NCBI GenBank assembly: GCA_903891285.1
Contig: CAITDZ010000128.1
Location: 1 to 58,757, forward strand
Reading direction: 5' to 3'
DNA from: an uncultured Solirubrobacterales bacterium
GTDB lineage: Bacteria; Actinomycetota; Thermoleophilia; Solirubrobacterales; 70-9
DNA: 58,757 nt
In this document: positions 36,301-46,135 of the stretch, in pieces
How the letters are laid out: every line of letters starts with the position of its first letter
Position numbering within the stretch: the stretch's first letter is position 1
Position numbers and translations under genes: made by a program
The notes under the pieces: model-generated
Databases searched by the model: none
What the model saw: the letters and a program-made list of their open reading frames with translations, nothing else
What the model was told of the DNA's origin: nothing

Positions 36301-37898
36301 CGGTTGGTGATCGGCATTCGCCGGTCCCTGCCGAGTCCCCGAGTAGTGATCCGCGTGCCGGGCGGTGACTGGCGCCGCTTGTACTCCGCACTGTCGACCA
36401 GACCGACCACCCGTCGGACCGTTTCAGGGTCGAGTCCCTGCCCTGCCATCTCGGCCGGTCCGAGGTCGCCTTCGATATGGAGGCGCAGGATCTCGTCGAG
36501 GATGGAATAGTCCGGGAGTGAGTCCTGGTCGAGCTGACCGGGTCTGAGTTCGGCCGTTGGCGGCCGTTCGAGAACGCCCGGAGGTACGGGAGACCCCTCG
36601 CGGTTTCGCCACTCGGTCAGTTCATACACCAGGCCCTTGGGAACGTCCCGAATCGGGGCGAACCCTCCCGCCATGTCGCCGTAGAGGGTGGAATAACCGA
36701 CCGAGGCCTCGCTCTTGTTGGAGGTCGTAAGGACGAGCCAGCCCCTCGAGTTGGAGAGGGCCATCATTATGTTCCCCCGGATCCGTGCCTGGATGTTCTC
36801 GGCGGCCAGACCGCGGTCGTCGTCACCGAGGAGGTCCTGGTAGCCATCCATCAGCCCCCCGATCGGGTATTCGAGTGCCTCGCACGCCAGGTTCGCCCCC
36901 AGCGCCCTGGCGTCGGCCTGCGTTTCGGGGCTCGACCACGGTGAAGGCATGATGACCACGGTCACCTTTTCAGGGCCGAGGGCATCTACCGCCAACAGGG
37001 CGACCAGGGCAGAGTCGATCCCCCCTGAGAGGCCCACCCCGACGTGGTCGAAGCGGTTCTTCTCGACGTAGTCCCTCAGCCCGAGGCGCAGGGCAGCGTA
37101 GACCTCTGCGAGATCGCCGTCGGGCGGGGCGCTCGCATCGGGGTGGTCCCAATCGATCATCAGGACCTCCTCCTCGAACCTCGGGGCCCGGTAGAGGGTC
37201 ACGCCGTCCCGGTCGATCGCGACGCTTGCTCCGTCGAAGACCAGCTCATCCTGGCCCCCTACCGCGTTGGCGACGACAACGGGAACCCCTTCCCGCCTTG
37301 CCGTCTCACGGAAGATGTCTTCACGCTCGGCGCCCTTCCCCCGGTGGTAGGGGGAGGCAGAGAGGTTCGAGATCAACGTCGCCCCGGGTGCAAGGTCCCG
37401 CACTGCTGGATCGGATGGCTCCCAGCAGTCCTCGCAGATGGTCACTCCGAGCTGCGCCCCCTCGACGTCGACGACCACGGGCTCGCTTCCGGCGAGGAAG
37501 GTCCTTCGCTCGTCGAACACCCCGTAGTTGGGAAGGAGCCGCTTTCGGTAGCTGGTGGTGATCGTTCCATCCTCGATCACCGCTGCGGAGTTGAAGGCGA
37601 TCGGCCGGCCCGGATCAGCAGGCCCGGCCGGTTCCGCATATCCGACGATGAAAGTCGCTCCGGTCAGCTCCCGAGCAAGCCTTTCCATCGCGATCGCGTT
37701 TGCCGCGATGAAATCCGACCGGAGATAGAGGTCCTCGGCCGGGTAACCCGGAAGGCAGAGCTCCGGAAAGACGATCACACGGGCCCCGGCCCGGACGCCC
37801 GCGCGGGCCGACTCGAGGATCCTCGCGGCGTTGCCTTCGAGGTCACCCACCGTCGTGTTGATCTGGACCAGGGCGATGTCTGGCAGGCCTTTTTCCAC
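36279..37898 (-). CDS. nadE: Glutamine-dependent NAD+ synthetase
   Basis: N-terminal CN-hydrolase domain (FPELCLPGY...ICED) plus a C-terminal SGGIDS ATP-PPase motif. 539 aa. Confidence 0.95.
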   Translation of the reverse strand: MEKGLPDIALVQINTTVGDLEGNAARILESARAGVRAGARVIVFPELCLPGYPAEDLYLRSDFIAANAIAMERLARELTGATFIVGYAEPAGPADPGRPIAFNSAAVIEDGTITTSYRKRLLPNYGVFDERRTFLAGSEPVVVDVEGAQLGVTICEDCWEPSDPAVRDLAPGATLISNLSASPYHRGKGAEREDIFRETARREGVPVVVANAVGGQDELVFDGASVAIDRDGVTLYRAPRFEEEVLMIDWDHPDASAPPDGDLAEVYAALRLGLRDYVEKNRFDHVGVGLSGGIDSALVALLAVDALGPEKVTVVIMPSPWSSPETQADARALGANLACEALEYPIGGLMDGYQDLLGDDDRGLAAENIQARIRGNIMMALSNSRGWLVLTTSNKSEASVGYSTLYGDMAGGFAPIRDVPKGLVYELTEWRNREGSPVPPGVLERPPTAELRPGQLDQDSLPDYSILDEILRLHIEGDLGPAEMAGQGLDPETVRRVVGLVDSAEYKRRQSPPGTRITTRGLGRDRRMPITNRYRPGSS

Positions 37899-37904
37899 CA
37901 GCGG

Positions 37905-37910
37905 AGGTTA
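37905..37910 (-). promoter_or_regulatory. -10-like TAACCT, 6 nt before the nadE GTG (leaderless-type)
   Basis: Plus-strand AGGTTA at 37905-37910; GTG at 37898. Confidence 0.45.
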
Positions 37911-37931
37911 TCCCGGCAATTCTCGATGGGG

Positions 37932-37937
37932 CATAAT
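37932..37937 (+). promoter_or_regulatory. -10 hexamer CATAAT, 6 nt before GTG 37944
   Basis: Architecture identical to the dxr promoter (CATAAT-N6-GTG). Confidence 0.45.
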
Positions 37938-37943
37938 CAGCCG

Positions 37944-38216
37944 GTGGACGGCGCCGAATCCCGAAACCTCGAGGCGATCTGCAAGGCGATCGACCAGCAC
38001 AATTCTTCCTGCCCCTTTCCGGCTGCAGAGGTCCGTATGAACCCCTTCGAGGTAGAGCGCCTTGGCTGGGAGGAAATCCGGGGCCTGCCGGTGGTCGGTG
38101 ATTCGGCGATCGGGACGGGACGTTTCCGGATCGTCTGCTCCCGGGACTCCGACTCCGAGGGCCTCGAAGAGGCCGAGATGGTGGAGGCTGTTGCCACCCG
38201 GTCGGCGAGCGACTAG
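37944..38216 (+). CDS. Candidate unannotated 90-aa protein (leaderless)
   Basis: An in-frame GTG lies behind CATAAT-N6. High GC3 throughout, a non-repetitive acidic sequence, and it fills an otherwise empty 325-nt gap. Confidence 0.4.
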   Translation: MDGAESRNLEAICKAIDQHNSSCPFPAAEVRMNPFEVERLGWEEIRGLPVVGDSAIGTGRFRIVCSRDSDSEGLEEAEMVEAVATRSASD

Positions 38217-38223
38217 GGGCCGT

Positions 38224-38991
38224 TTACACCTCGTTCCAGAAGTCCAGCCCGAGGCCCTCGAGCCACTTCTGCACTTCGATGTTCAGACGAAACAACTCGC
38301 CGGTCAGAACGAGGACACCCATACCGATGAGGATCAGGCCACCGATTGCGATCACCAGTCCGTAGTGGCGACGCACCGGACCGAGCACCTCGCTCATCCG
38401 ACCGAAGGCAATCGCGCAAAGCAGGAAGGGGAGACCGAGCCCGAGAGAGTAGACGGCGAGGAGAAGCCCGCCCCTGGCTGCGGATTCGGTCAGGGCAGCG
38501 GCCGAAAGGATGGCTCCGAGTGTGGGACCGATACATGGGGTCCAGGCAATCGCGAAGGCCACTCCGGCAATCCAGGGACCGCCCTTTCCCGCTCGCTCGA
38601 TCAGGCCGGACGGCCGCCATTCCCGGTTGAGGGAATCGACCCAGCCCGCAGCAACGAAGAGGACCCCCATCAGGACCATCACCCCGCCCGCAATCTGCTC
38701 GAGCAGTGTCCGGTTGTCCGAGAGGAGGCTGCCGATCCGGGTCGCGGTCAGTCCGAGGAGGATGAAGACGATCGAGAAGGTCAGGATGAAGGCCAGGCTC
38801 GGCAGGACCACGCGTTTCCAGCTCGAATCCGCGAGCTGATCCGGTTTGAGCCCCGAGACCGCAGAGAGGTATCCGGGCACGAGGGGGAGTACGCAGGGGG
38901 AGAGGAAGGAGACGACCCCGGCCGCAAAGGCCGCCAGGAGGCCGATCCCTGCTGCGGGATCCACGGCTGCGACGAGGGTGATGGGCGACAC
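38224..38991 (-). CDS. ccdA: Cytochrome c biogenesis / thiol-disulfide transporter CcdA (DsbD family)
   Basis: FLSPCVLPLVPGYLS motif, polytopic. GTG 38991 is preferred (TACCCT-N6 upstream); the ORF-track start is 39066. Confidence 0.85.
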   Translation of the reverse strand: MSPITLVAAVDPAAGIGLLAAFAAGVVSFLSPCVLPLVPGYLSAVSGLKPDQLADSSWKRVVLPSLAFILTFSIVFILLGLTATRIGSLLSDNRTLLEQIAGGVMVLMGVLFVAAGWVDSLNREWRPSGLIERAGKGGPWIAGVAFAIAWTPCIGPTLGAILSAAALTESAARGGLLLAVYSLGLGLPFLLCAIAFGRMSEVLGPVRRHYGLVIAIGGLILIGMGVLVLTGELFRLNIEVQKWLEGLGLDFWNEV

Positions 38992-39083
38992 CCACGGAGG
39001 GTAGAGAACCGGTCCCGGGCGGCCCTGCTCGAGCCCGACGGCGATAGGGTGCCCTCTCGCTCCCAAAGCAAGGAGGAAGCCAG

Positions 39084-39920
39084 GTGGATAGGGACGTAGT
39101 TTCGGTGGACGGCATGGTTGTCGCGATCACCGGCGGTTGCGGTGGTATCGGGATGGCGACGGCCCGATCGTTCGCGCTTCGCGGGGCGAAAGTCGCCCTG
39201 GGCGACCTCGACGGGGAAGCAGCCCAGGCGGCCGCGGCGGAGCTGGGCGATCAGCACATCGGGCTGGCAGTCGACGTAGGGGATGCCGGATCCTTCGAAT
39301 CGTTCCTGGATGGGGTAGAGGATGGACTCGGCCCGATCGACGTCCTGGTCAACAACGCTGGAGTCATGCTTCTCGGGCCCCTCGACGAGGAGACCGAAGA
39401 ATCGACGGAAACCACGATCAGGGTCAACCTGGTCGGGGTGATCAACGGAACCAAGCTGGCAATGGCCCGTATGAAGGCCCGAGGGCGGGGGAGGGTCGTC
39501 AACATCGCCTCCCAGGCGGGAAAGACGGGATTTCCTGGCGGGGCAACCTACTCGGCCACGAAATTCGGGGTGGTCGGTCTATCCGAGGCCGCTCGGAACG
39601 AGCTGGTCGGGACGGGCGTAGGAATCACCTGCGTCATGCCCGGTCCGGTCAGGACGGAGCTGGCCGGTGGAATCGGCAATGCAAAGGGTGTCCGGTGGCT
39701 ATCGCCTTACGAGGTGGGGGAGGGGATTGCAAGGGCGGTCGAGATGGGGGAATCCGAGGTCTGGTTGCCGCCGATAACCCGCTGGCTGCAGCCCCCGACA
39801 TCGTTGCTCTCCGCGGATCTCCGGGATCGTCTGATGAAGGTCTTCGGCGCCGACAGGGTCTTGAGCGGCGCGGTAGACGAGTCGGCGCGGAGCGAGTACG
39901 AGGGGCGAGTCCTCCGCTAG
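39084..39920 (+). CDS. Short-chain dehydrogenase/reductase (SDR)
   Basis: ITGGCGGIG...NNAG...YSATK motifs. AAGGAGG SD. Confidence 0.9.
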   Translation: MDRDVVSVDGMVVAITGGCGGIGMATARSFALRGAKVALGDLDGEAAQAAAAELGDQHIGLAVDVGDAGSFESFLDGVEDGLGPIDVLVNNAGVMLLGPLDEETEESTETTIRVNLVGVINGTKLAMARMKARGRGRVVNIASQAGKTGFPGGATYSATKFGVVGLSEAARNELVGTGVGITCVMPGPVRTELAGGIGNAKGVRWLSPYEVGEGIARAVEMGESEVWLPPITRWLQPPTSLLSADLRDRLMKVFGADRVLSGAVDESARSEYEGRVLR

Positions 39921-39971
39921 GAAATCCGGGAGCTACGGGGCCTTCCTCCGGTATTCTGGGGGATTCGTGAT

Positions 39972-42900
39972 TTGACCCTCCGGCTCGTCCCGGCGGGTTT
40001 GGCGGGGTCCGACAGGGCCCTCTACGAGAGCTGTCGAAAGGCTGATCTGAGCGGTCCCCAAACATCAACCGGGTCTACGGGCCTGTACGACGCAAGGTAC
40101 GAGCACGATGCCTGCGGCGTCGCGATGGTTGCGCGCCTCGACAATCATCCGACCCACGAGATCGTCGAACAGGGACTTACCGCACTGCTGAACCTCGAAC
40201 ACCGAGGTGCAGCCGGAGCCGATCCCGGGACTGGCGACGGTGCAGGGGTGCTCGTCCAGCTTCCCCACGAGTTCTTCGCTGAGGAGACCTCCTTCGAACT
40301 GCCCGGGACGGGTCGTTACGGAGTCGGGATGTGTTTCCTTCCCACCGACGACGAAGAGCGTCGCACCGTTCGTCGGCGAATCGAGGAAGTGGTCCGGGAC
40401 GAAGGACAGGAGTTCCTCGGCTGGCGTGACGTTCCGGTGGACACGGGCTTCGTCGGGGCGACGGCGGCGGAGACGATGCCTTTCTTCAGTCAGGCATTCG
40501 TCGGCGCCGGTGATCCCGTCCGTGATGATCAGGACGCCTTCGAGCGGAAGCTGTACGTGATCCGACGCGTCCTCGAGCGTGAGTTCGACGATCAGGTCTA
40601 TTTCTCATCCTTCTCCTCGAGGACGATCGTCTACAAGGGGATGCTGATCTCCAACCAGGTCCCTCACTTCTTTCCCGACCTGGTCGACCAGCGATTCAAG
40701 TCCGCGATGGCCCTCGTCCACTCGCGATTCTCGACGAATACCTTCCCGAGCTGGCCACTTGCCCATCCCTTCCGGCTGATCGCCCACAACGGGGAGATCA
40801 ACACCCTGCGGGGAAACATCAACTGGATGCGGGCTCGCGAATCACAGCTCGCCTGTGAGTTGTTCGGTGACGATCTGGAGAAAGTGGTCCCCGTGGTCAC
40901 CCCGGACGGCTCGGATTCCGCCACCTTCGACAACGTCCTCGAGCTTCTCCTGCTCGCCGGGAGGTCGTTGCCCCACTCGGCGATGATGATGATTCCCGAG
41001 GCCCACAGAGATCGGGATGACCTCTCGGACGAGCTCAAGGGCTTCTACGCCTTCCATTCCTGCCTCATGGAGCCCTGGGATGGCCCCGCAGCAGTCGCCT
41101 TCACGGATGGGAAGGTGATCGGGGCAACCCTCGACCGCAACGGCCTTAGGCCCGGCAGATGGCTGGAGACGACCGACGGCCTGGTCGTGCTGGGGTCGGA
41201 GATCGGTCTGCTCGACATCCCTCCGGAGCGAATCAAGCGACTGGGTCGGCTCCAGCCGGGCAAGATCTTCCTGGTCGACCTCGAACAGCACCGGATAATC
41301 GAGGACGAAGAGGTCAAGGAAGAAATCTCGACCCGGCGCCCCTACGCAGAGTGGTATCGGGACGCTGCGGTCCATTTCGACGACCTCCCGACGGCCCATG
41401 TGACCATGACCGGAGTCCAGCCCACCCCGAGGCGTCAGCTCGCGTTCGGGTACACCCAGGAAGACCTGAGGGTCCTGATCGCGCCGATGGCAGCAACCGG
41501 AGCGGAACCGATCGGCTCGATGGGGAACGACACTGCCCTTGCCGTCTTCTCGGACCACCGCCCCCCGCTGTTCAGCTATTTCAAGCAGCTCTTCGCCCAG
41601 GTAACCAACCCGCCGATCGACCCTATCCGGGAGGAGGTCGTGATGAGCCTCTCCTCCGGGGTGGGGGGTGAGCTCAACCTGCTTACCGAGGGGGAGGACC
41701 ACGCCCGCCAACTCTCCCTCGACCAGCCCATCCTGCTCAACTCGGAGCTGGAAACGATCAGGCATGTGAACCACGACGTCCTTCGAGCCGAAACCATCGA
41801 CATAACCTGGGACGAGGCCGACGGTCCGGCGGGACTGGAGCCCAGGCTCCTGCAGGTGGCCGAAGAGGCAGAGGCTGCCGTCGAGGACGGGGTAAACATC
41901 CTGATCCTTTCGGACCGCAGAACGGGACCGCGGAGGGTTCCGATCCCATCCCTGCTTGCGGTCGGTGCAGTCCACCAGCACCTTGTCAGGAAGGGCACCC
42001 GGCTGAGGGCCGGAATGATCCTCGAATCGGGGGAGCCCCGGGAGGTTCATCACATGGCGACCCTGATCGGCTACGGCTGTGCCGCAATCAACCCGTACCT
42101 GATGCTCGATTCGGTCGATGAGCTCGTTGCCGAGGGGGAGGTTCCGGACACGGATTCCGTCGAGGTTGCACGTCGGAATGTGGTCAAGGCGATCGGGAAG
42201 GGTCTGCTGAAGACGATCTCGAAGATGGGGATTTCCACGATCCAGTCCTACTGCGGTGCACAGATCTTCGAGGCGGTCGGCCTGGAGCCGGCGATCATCG
42301 ATAGCTACTTCACGGGAACGGCCTCGCGGATCGGGGGGATAGGCCTGAAGCAGATCGCTGTCGAAACCATGGAGCGCCACCGTGCGGCCTTCCCGGGGGC
42401 ACAGGACGAACTTCTCCCCGTCGGGGGGATCTATGCCTGGCGCCGGGACGGAGAGTTTCACCAGTGGAATCCCGAGACGATCGCGCAGCTCCAACACGCT
42501 GTGAGGGGCGAAGGAGGTGATGCCCAGGAGACCTACGACGAGTTCGCACGCGAGGTGAACGAGACGGCAGTTCGAAAGGCCGCCCTCCGGGGACTGCTCC
42601 AGCTCAAGCAGGCCGATCGGCCGATTCCGCTCGAAGAGGTCGAACCCGCCTCCGAGATCGTCAAGCGCTTTTCGACCGGAGCGATGTCACTCGGTTCGAT
42701 CTCACGGGAGTCCCACGAGACCCTGGCGATCGCGATGAACAGGCTCGGTGGAAAGTCGAACACCGGCGAGGGCGGCGAGGACCCGGTGCGGTTCACTCCG
42801 GATCCGAGCGGGGACCTGAGGAGGTCTGCGATCAAGCAGGTCGCCTCCGGACGCTTCGGGGTGACCATCCATTACCTGAGCAACGCAGACCAGCTCCAGA

Positions 42901-44588
42901 TCAAGATGGCCCAGGGCGCAAAGCCGGGGGAGGGGGGTCAGCTCCCCGGACACAAGGTCGACCAGTACATCGGCTCGGTCCGCCACACCACTCCAGGGGT
43001 CGGCCTGATCTCCCCGCCGCCTCACCACGACATCTACTCGATCGAGGACCTCAAGCAGCTGATCTATGACCTGAGGTGTGCCAATCCCGAGGCCTCGGTG
43101 TCGGTGAAGCTGGTCGCCGAGGTCGGAGTGGGAACGGTCGCGGCCGGCGTTGCAAAGGCAAATGCCGATCACGTGCTGATCTCCGGGCACGACGGCGGCA
43201 CCGGTGCCTCACCCCTGTCTTCGGTCCAGTCGGCCGGAATCCCCTGGGAGATCGGCCTCGCCGAAACCCAGCAGACATTGGTCCGCAATGACCTCAGGTC
43301 GAGGATCCGGGTCCAGACCGACGGGCAGCTGAAGACGGGGCGGGACGTCGTGGTGGCGGCGCTCCTCGGTGCAGACGAGTTCGGTTTCTCCACGGCGCCG
43401 CTGATCGCCTCGGGCTGCATCATGATGCGTGCCTGTCACCTGAACACCTGTCCGGTTGGGATCGCGACCCAGGATCCCGAGCTGAGGAAGAGGTTCAAGG
43501 GACTTCCCGAACACGTCGTCAACTACTTCTTCTTCGTCGCCGAGGAAGCCCGGCAGATCATGGCCAGCCTAGGGGTGCGCTCTCTCGATGAACTGATCGG
43601 ACGGACGGAGATGCTCGATTCCGACCGGGCGATCGACCATTGGAAGGCCCGGGGCGTCGACCTCTCGGCCCTGCTCGACTTCCCGGCAGGGGTTCCGGAG
43701 GATGCGCCCAGGCACCAGACCCGGGGCCAGGAACCGGTCCTAGAGGGGAATCTCGACTGGAGCCTGATCGAGAGATCCGCGGATGCACTCGAAGGGAAGA
43801 CAACCACCCGGTTCGAGGCTGAGGTCCGAAACGTCGATCGCTGCGTCGGCGGGATCCTTTCCCACCGGATCGCGACACTCCATGGATCGACCGGTCTGCC
43901 TCCGGACTCGATCGAAGTCGAGTTCACCGGCTCGGCCGGGCAGTCCTTCGGCGGCTGGCTCGCTCCAGGTGTCAGCTTCTCGCTGGCGGGTGACGTGAAT
44001 GACTACGTCGGCAAGGGGCTCTCCGGTGGCACCCTCGCGGTATACCCGCGGGATGGATCGGATTTCCAGCCATCCCTGAACGTAATCGCCGGGAATACGT
44101 CCCTCTACGGGGCGACGGCCGGCAAGGCCTTCTTCAGGGGCATGGCAGGTGAACGCTTCGCTGTACGGAACTCGGGGGCGAGCGCCGTGGTCGAGGGCGT
44201 CGGTGACCATGGTTGCGAGTACATGACCGGGGGTAGGGTCGTCGTGCTCGGTCCCACTGGCCGGAACTTCGCCGCCGGCATGAGCGGCGGGATCGCCTAT
44301 GTCTTCGACCGGGACGGGACCCTGGGTGAGAGGGTGAATCCGGCTATGTCCAACCAGATCGAGGAACCATCCGAGTCGGACCTCGAAGAGGTCCGTGGGC
44401 TCCTCGAGGAGCACGTCGCCCGGACCGGGTCAGAGCTCGCGGCAGAGATCCTGAGCGACTGGGGTGCTCAGTCACGGTCTTTCGCCAAGGTATTCCCGAC
44501 CGACTACAAGCGCGTTCTCGCCGAGCTCGAAGTCGACGATGCGGGCGACTCCGTGGGGGCGGGGGTGTCGAAGGTGGACGGGGACTGA
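39972..44588 (+). CDS. gltB: Glutamate synthase large subunit
   Basis: 1538 aa. ACGV Ntn-amidotransferase start after a propeptide, FMN and GXGXG domains. Confidence 0.95.
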   Translation: MTLRLVPAGLAGSDRALYESCRKADLSGPQTSTGSTGLYDARYEHDACGVAMVARLDNHPTHEIVEQGLTALLNLEHRGAAGADPGTGDGAGVLVQLPHEFFAEETSFELPGTGRYGVGMCFLPTDDEERRTVRRRIEEVVRDEGQEFLGWRDVPVDTGFVGATAAETMPFFSQAFVGAGDPVRDDQDAFERKLYVIRRVLEREFDDQVYFSSFSSRTIVYKGMLISNQVPHFFPDLVDQRFKSAMALVHSRFSTNTFPSWPLAHPFRLIAHNGEINTLRGNINWMRARESQLACELFGDDLEKVVPVVTPDGSDSATFDNVLELLLLAGRSLPHSAMMMIPEAHRDRDDLSDELKGFYAFHSCLMEPWDGPAAVAFTDGKVIGATLDRNGLRPGRWLETTDGLVVLGSEIGLLDIPPERIKRLGRLQPGKIFLVDLEQHRIIEDEEVKEEISTRRPYAEWYRDAAVHFDDLPTAHVTMTGVQPTPRRQLAFGYTQEDLRVLIAPMAATGAEPIGSMGNDTALAVFSDHRPPLFSYFKQLFAQVTNPPIDPIREEVVMSLSSGVGGELNLLTEGEDHARQLSLDQPILLNSELETIRHVNHDVLRAETIDITWDEADGPAGLEPRLLQVAEEAEAAVEDGVNILILSDRRTGPRRVPIPSLLAVGAVHQHLVRKGTRLRAGMILESGEPREVHHMATLIGYGCAAINPYLMLDSVDELVAEGEVPDTDSVEVARRNVVKAIGKGLLKTISKMGISTIQSYCGAQIFEAVGLEPAIIDSYFTGTASRIGGIGLKQIAVETMERHRAAFPGAQDELLPVGGIYAWRRDGEFHQWNPETIAQLQHAVRGEGGDAQETYDEFAREVNETAVRKAALRGLLQLKQADRPIPLEEVEPASEIVKRFSTGAMSLGSISRESHETLAIAMNRLGGKSNTGEGGEDPVRFTPDPSGDLRRSAIKQVASGRFGVTIHYLSNADQLQIKMAQGAKPGEGGQLPGHKVDQYIGSVRHTTPGVGLISPPPHHDIYSIEDLKQLIYDLRCANPEASVSVKLVAEVGVGTVAAGVAKANADHVLISGHDGGTGASPLSSVQSAGIPWEIGLAETQQTLVRNDLRSRIRVQTDGQLKTGRDVVVAALLGADEFGFSTAPLIASGCIMMRACHLNTCPVGIATQDPELRKRFKGLPEHVVNYFFFVAEEARQIMASLGVRSLDELIGRTEMLDSDRAIDHWKARGVDLSALLDFPAGVPEDAPRHQTRGQEPVLEGNLDWSLIERSADALEGKTTTRFEAEVRNVDRCVGGILSHRIATLHGSTGLPPDSIEVEFTGSAGQSFGGWLAPGVSFSLAGDVNDYVGKGLSGGTLAVYPRDGSDFQPSLNVIAGNTSLYGATAGKAFFRGMAGERFAVRNSGASAVVEGVGDHGCEYMTGGRVVVLGPTGRNFAAGMSGGIAYVFDRDGTLGERVNPAMSNQIEEPSESDLEEVRGLLEEHVARTGSELAAEILSDWGAQSRSFAKVFPTDYKRVLAELEVDDAGDSVGAGVSKVDGD

Positions 44589-46129
44589 TGGGCAAGGTCG
44601 GAGGCTTCCTGGAGGTCCACCGAGCCGGAATGGTCCACCGCGATCCGGCCGAGCGGGTCGCGGACTACTCGGAGTTCGTGGTCCAGCGCAGCGACGAGGA
44701 ACTCGCCGAGCAGGGCGGGCGCTGCATGGAGTGCGGTGTCCCGTTCTGTCACAACGGCTGTCCGCTCGGCAACCTGATCCCCGACTGGAACGACATGGTC
44801 TATCGGGGGCGGTGGGAGGAAGCCATCCGCCAGCTCCATGCAACCAACAACTTCCCCGAGTTCACCGGCAGGCTCTGTCCGGCCCCCTGCGAAGCAGCCT
44901 GCGTCCTCGAGATTCGGGAGAACGATGCGGTCACGATCAAGCAGATCGAGCTGGCGATCATCGACCGGGCATGGAAGGAAGGTTGGGTCAGGCCCCAGCC
45001 GCCCCGACGGGAAACAGGTCACAGGGTCGCCGTGGTCGGCTCCGGACCGGCCGGGATGGCAGCGGCCCAGCAGCTACGGCGCTCGGGTCACCGGGTAGTC
45101 CTCTTCGAGCGGGACGAGGCGGCCGGAGGTCTCGTCCGTTTCGGAGTCCCGGACTTCAAGATCGAGAAGGGGATCGTCCAGCGTCGGGTCGGCCAGCTGG
45201 TGGCAGAGGGTGTCGAGCTCCGCTGCGGGGTGGACGTAGGGATAGATCTGGCGGTCGAGGAGCTGAGAAGGGATTTCGATGCGGTCGTCCTTGCGACCGG
45301 ATCCCGTGAACCGCGAGACCTCGACGTGACCGGCCGGGACCTGGCCGGGATCCATTACGCGATGGACTACCTCTACGGGAGGAATCGGGCGGTCGCGGCC
45401 GAAAGCGTCGGCGCGAATCCGGTTCGACCAGGGACCGAAGACCCTCCGTCGGCCAGGGGCAAGAACGTCGTAGTGATCGGCGGTGGCGACACCGGCGCCG
45501 ACTGCGTCGGGAACTCTCTTCGGGAAGGCGCCAGGCAGGTTGTGCAGCTGGAACTGCTGCCGGAGCCGCCGGAGAGTCGGCCGGACGGCGAGACGCCCTG
45601 GCCCCTCTGGCCGAAGAAGTTCCGGCTCTCTTACGCGATGGAAGAGGCCCTGGACGTGGAGCGGGGCGAGCAGGACTTCTCGGTCACGACCACCTCCTTC
45701 ACGGGCAAGGATGGGAGGGTTACCCACCTCAACGCGGCAAGGGCTGCCAGCCAGCCTCCGTTCGGGCCGGTCGAGGGCTCCGATTTCGAGATCCCTGCTG
45801 ACCTTGTCCTCCTCGCGATGGGGTTCCTGCACCCGGAGCGGGCCCTGCCCGATGCACTCGGCTGCGAGTTGGACGGGAAAGGGAACGTCAAGGCGGGTAC
45901 TTACGCGACCACGGTTCAGGGGGTTTTTGCCGCGGGCGATGCAAGAAGGGGTCAGTCCCTGATCGTCTGGGCGATCAACGAGGGCCGACAGTGCGCCCGG
46001 ATGGTGGATCGGTATCTGGGAGACCTTCCCTCACCCGAGATCCACAGCGGCAACGTCGAAGGAGAGGATGAAGGGCCAGAGGGTCCACCGTTGCACGTGT
46101 CACCGGGACTGCCCGCAGACGACGGCTGA
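44588..46129 (+). CDS. gltD: Glutamate synthase small subunit (NADPH)
   Basis: CMECGVPFC...CPLGN...CPAPCE Fe-S motifs and GSGPAG dinucleotide fold. Confidence 0.95.
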   Translation: MGKVGGFLEVHRAGMVHRDPAERVADYSEFVVQRSDEELAEQGGRCMECGVPFCHNGCPLGNLIPDWNDMVYRGRWEEAIRQLHATNNFPEFTGRLCPAPCEAACVLEIRENDAVTIKQIELAIIDRAWKEGWVRPQPPRRETGHRVAVVGSGPAGMAAAQQLRRSGHRVVLFERDEAAGGLVRFGVPDFKIEKGIVQRRVGQLVAEGVELRCGVDVGIDLAVEELRRDFDAVVLATGSREPRDLDVTGRDLAGIHYAMDYLYGRNRAVAAESVGANPVRPGTEDPPSARGKNVVVIGGGDTGADCVGNSLREGARQVVQLELLPEPPESRPDGETPWPLWPKKFRLSYAMEEALDVERGEQDFSVTTTSFTGKDGRVTHLNAARAASQPPFGPVEGSDFEIPADLVLLAMGFLHPERALPDALGCELDGKGNVKAGTYATTVQGVFAAGDARRGQSLIVWAINEGRQCARMVDRYLGDLPSPEIHSGNVEGEDEGPEGPPLHVSPGLPADDG

Positions 46130-46135
46130 ACGGTT

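Noticed and set aside
37044-37943. Upstream 300 codons of the 390-aa plus-strand ORF 37044-38216
   Set aside because: This part is antisense to nadE. Only the tail beyond the nadE start (37944-38216) is considered potentially real.
38062-39130. 345-aa plus-strand and 305-aa minus-strand ORFs over ccdA
   Set aside because: Alternative frames of the ccdA region. Only the 38224-38991 frame gives a polytopic protein with the CcdA CVLPL motif.
40842-42497. 551-aa ORF antisense to gltB, plus many shorter ORFs within 39972-46129
   Set aside because: gltB/gltD identity is unambiguous. The alternative frames are low-complexity and Arg/Pro-rich.
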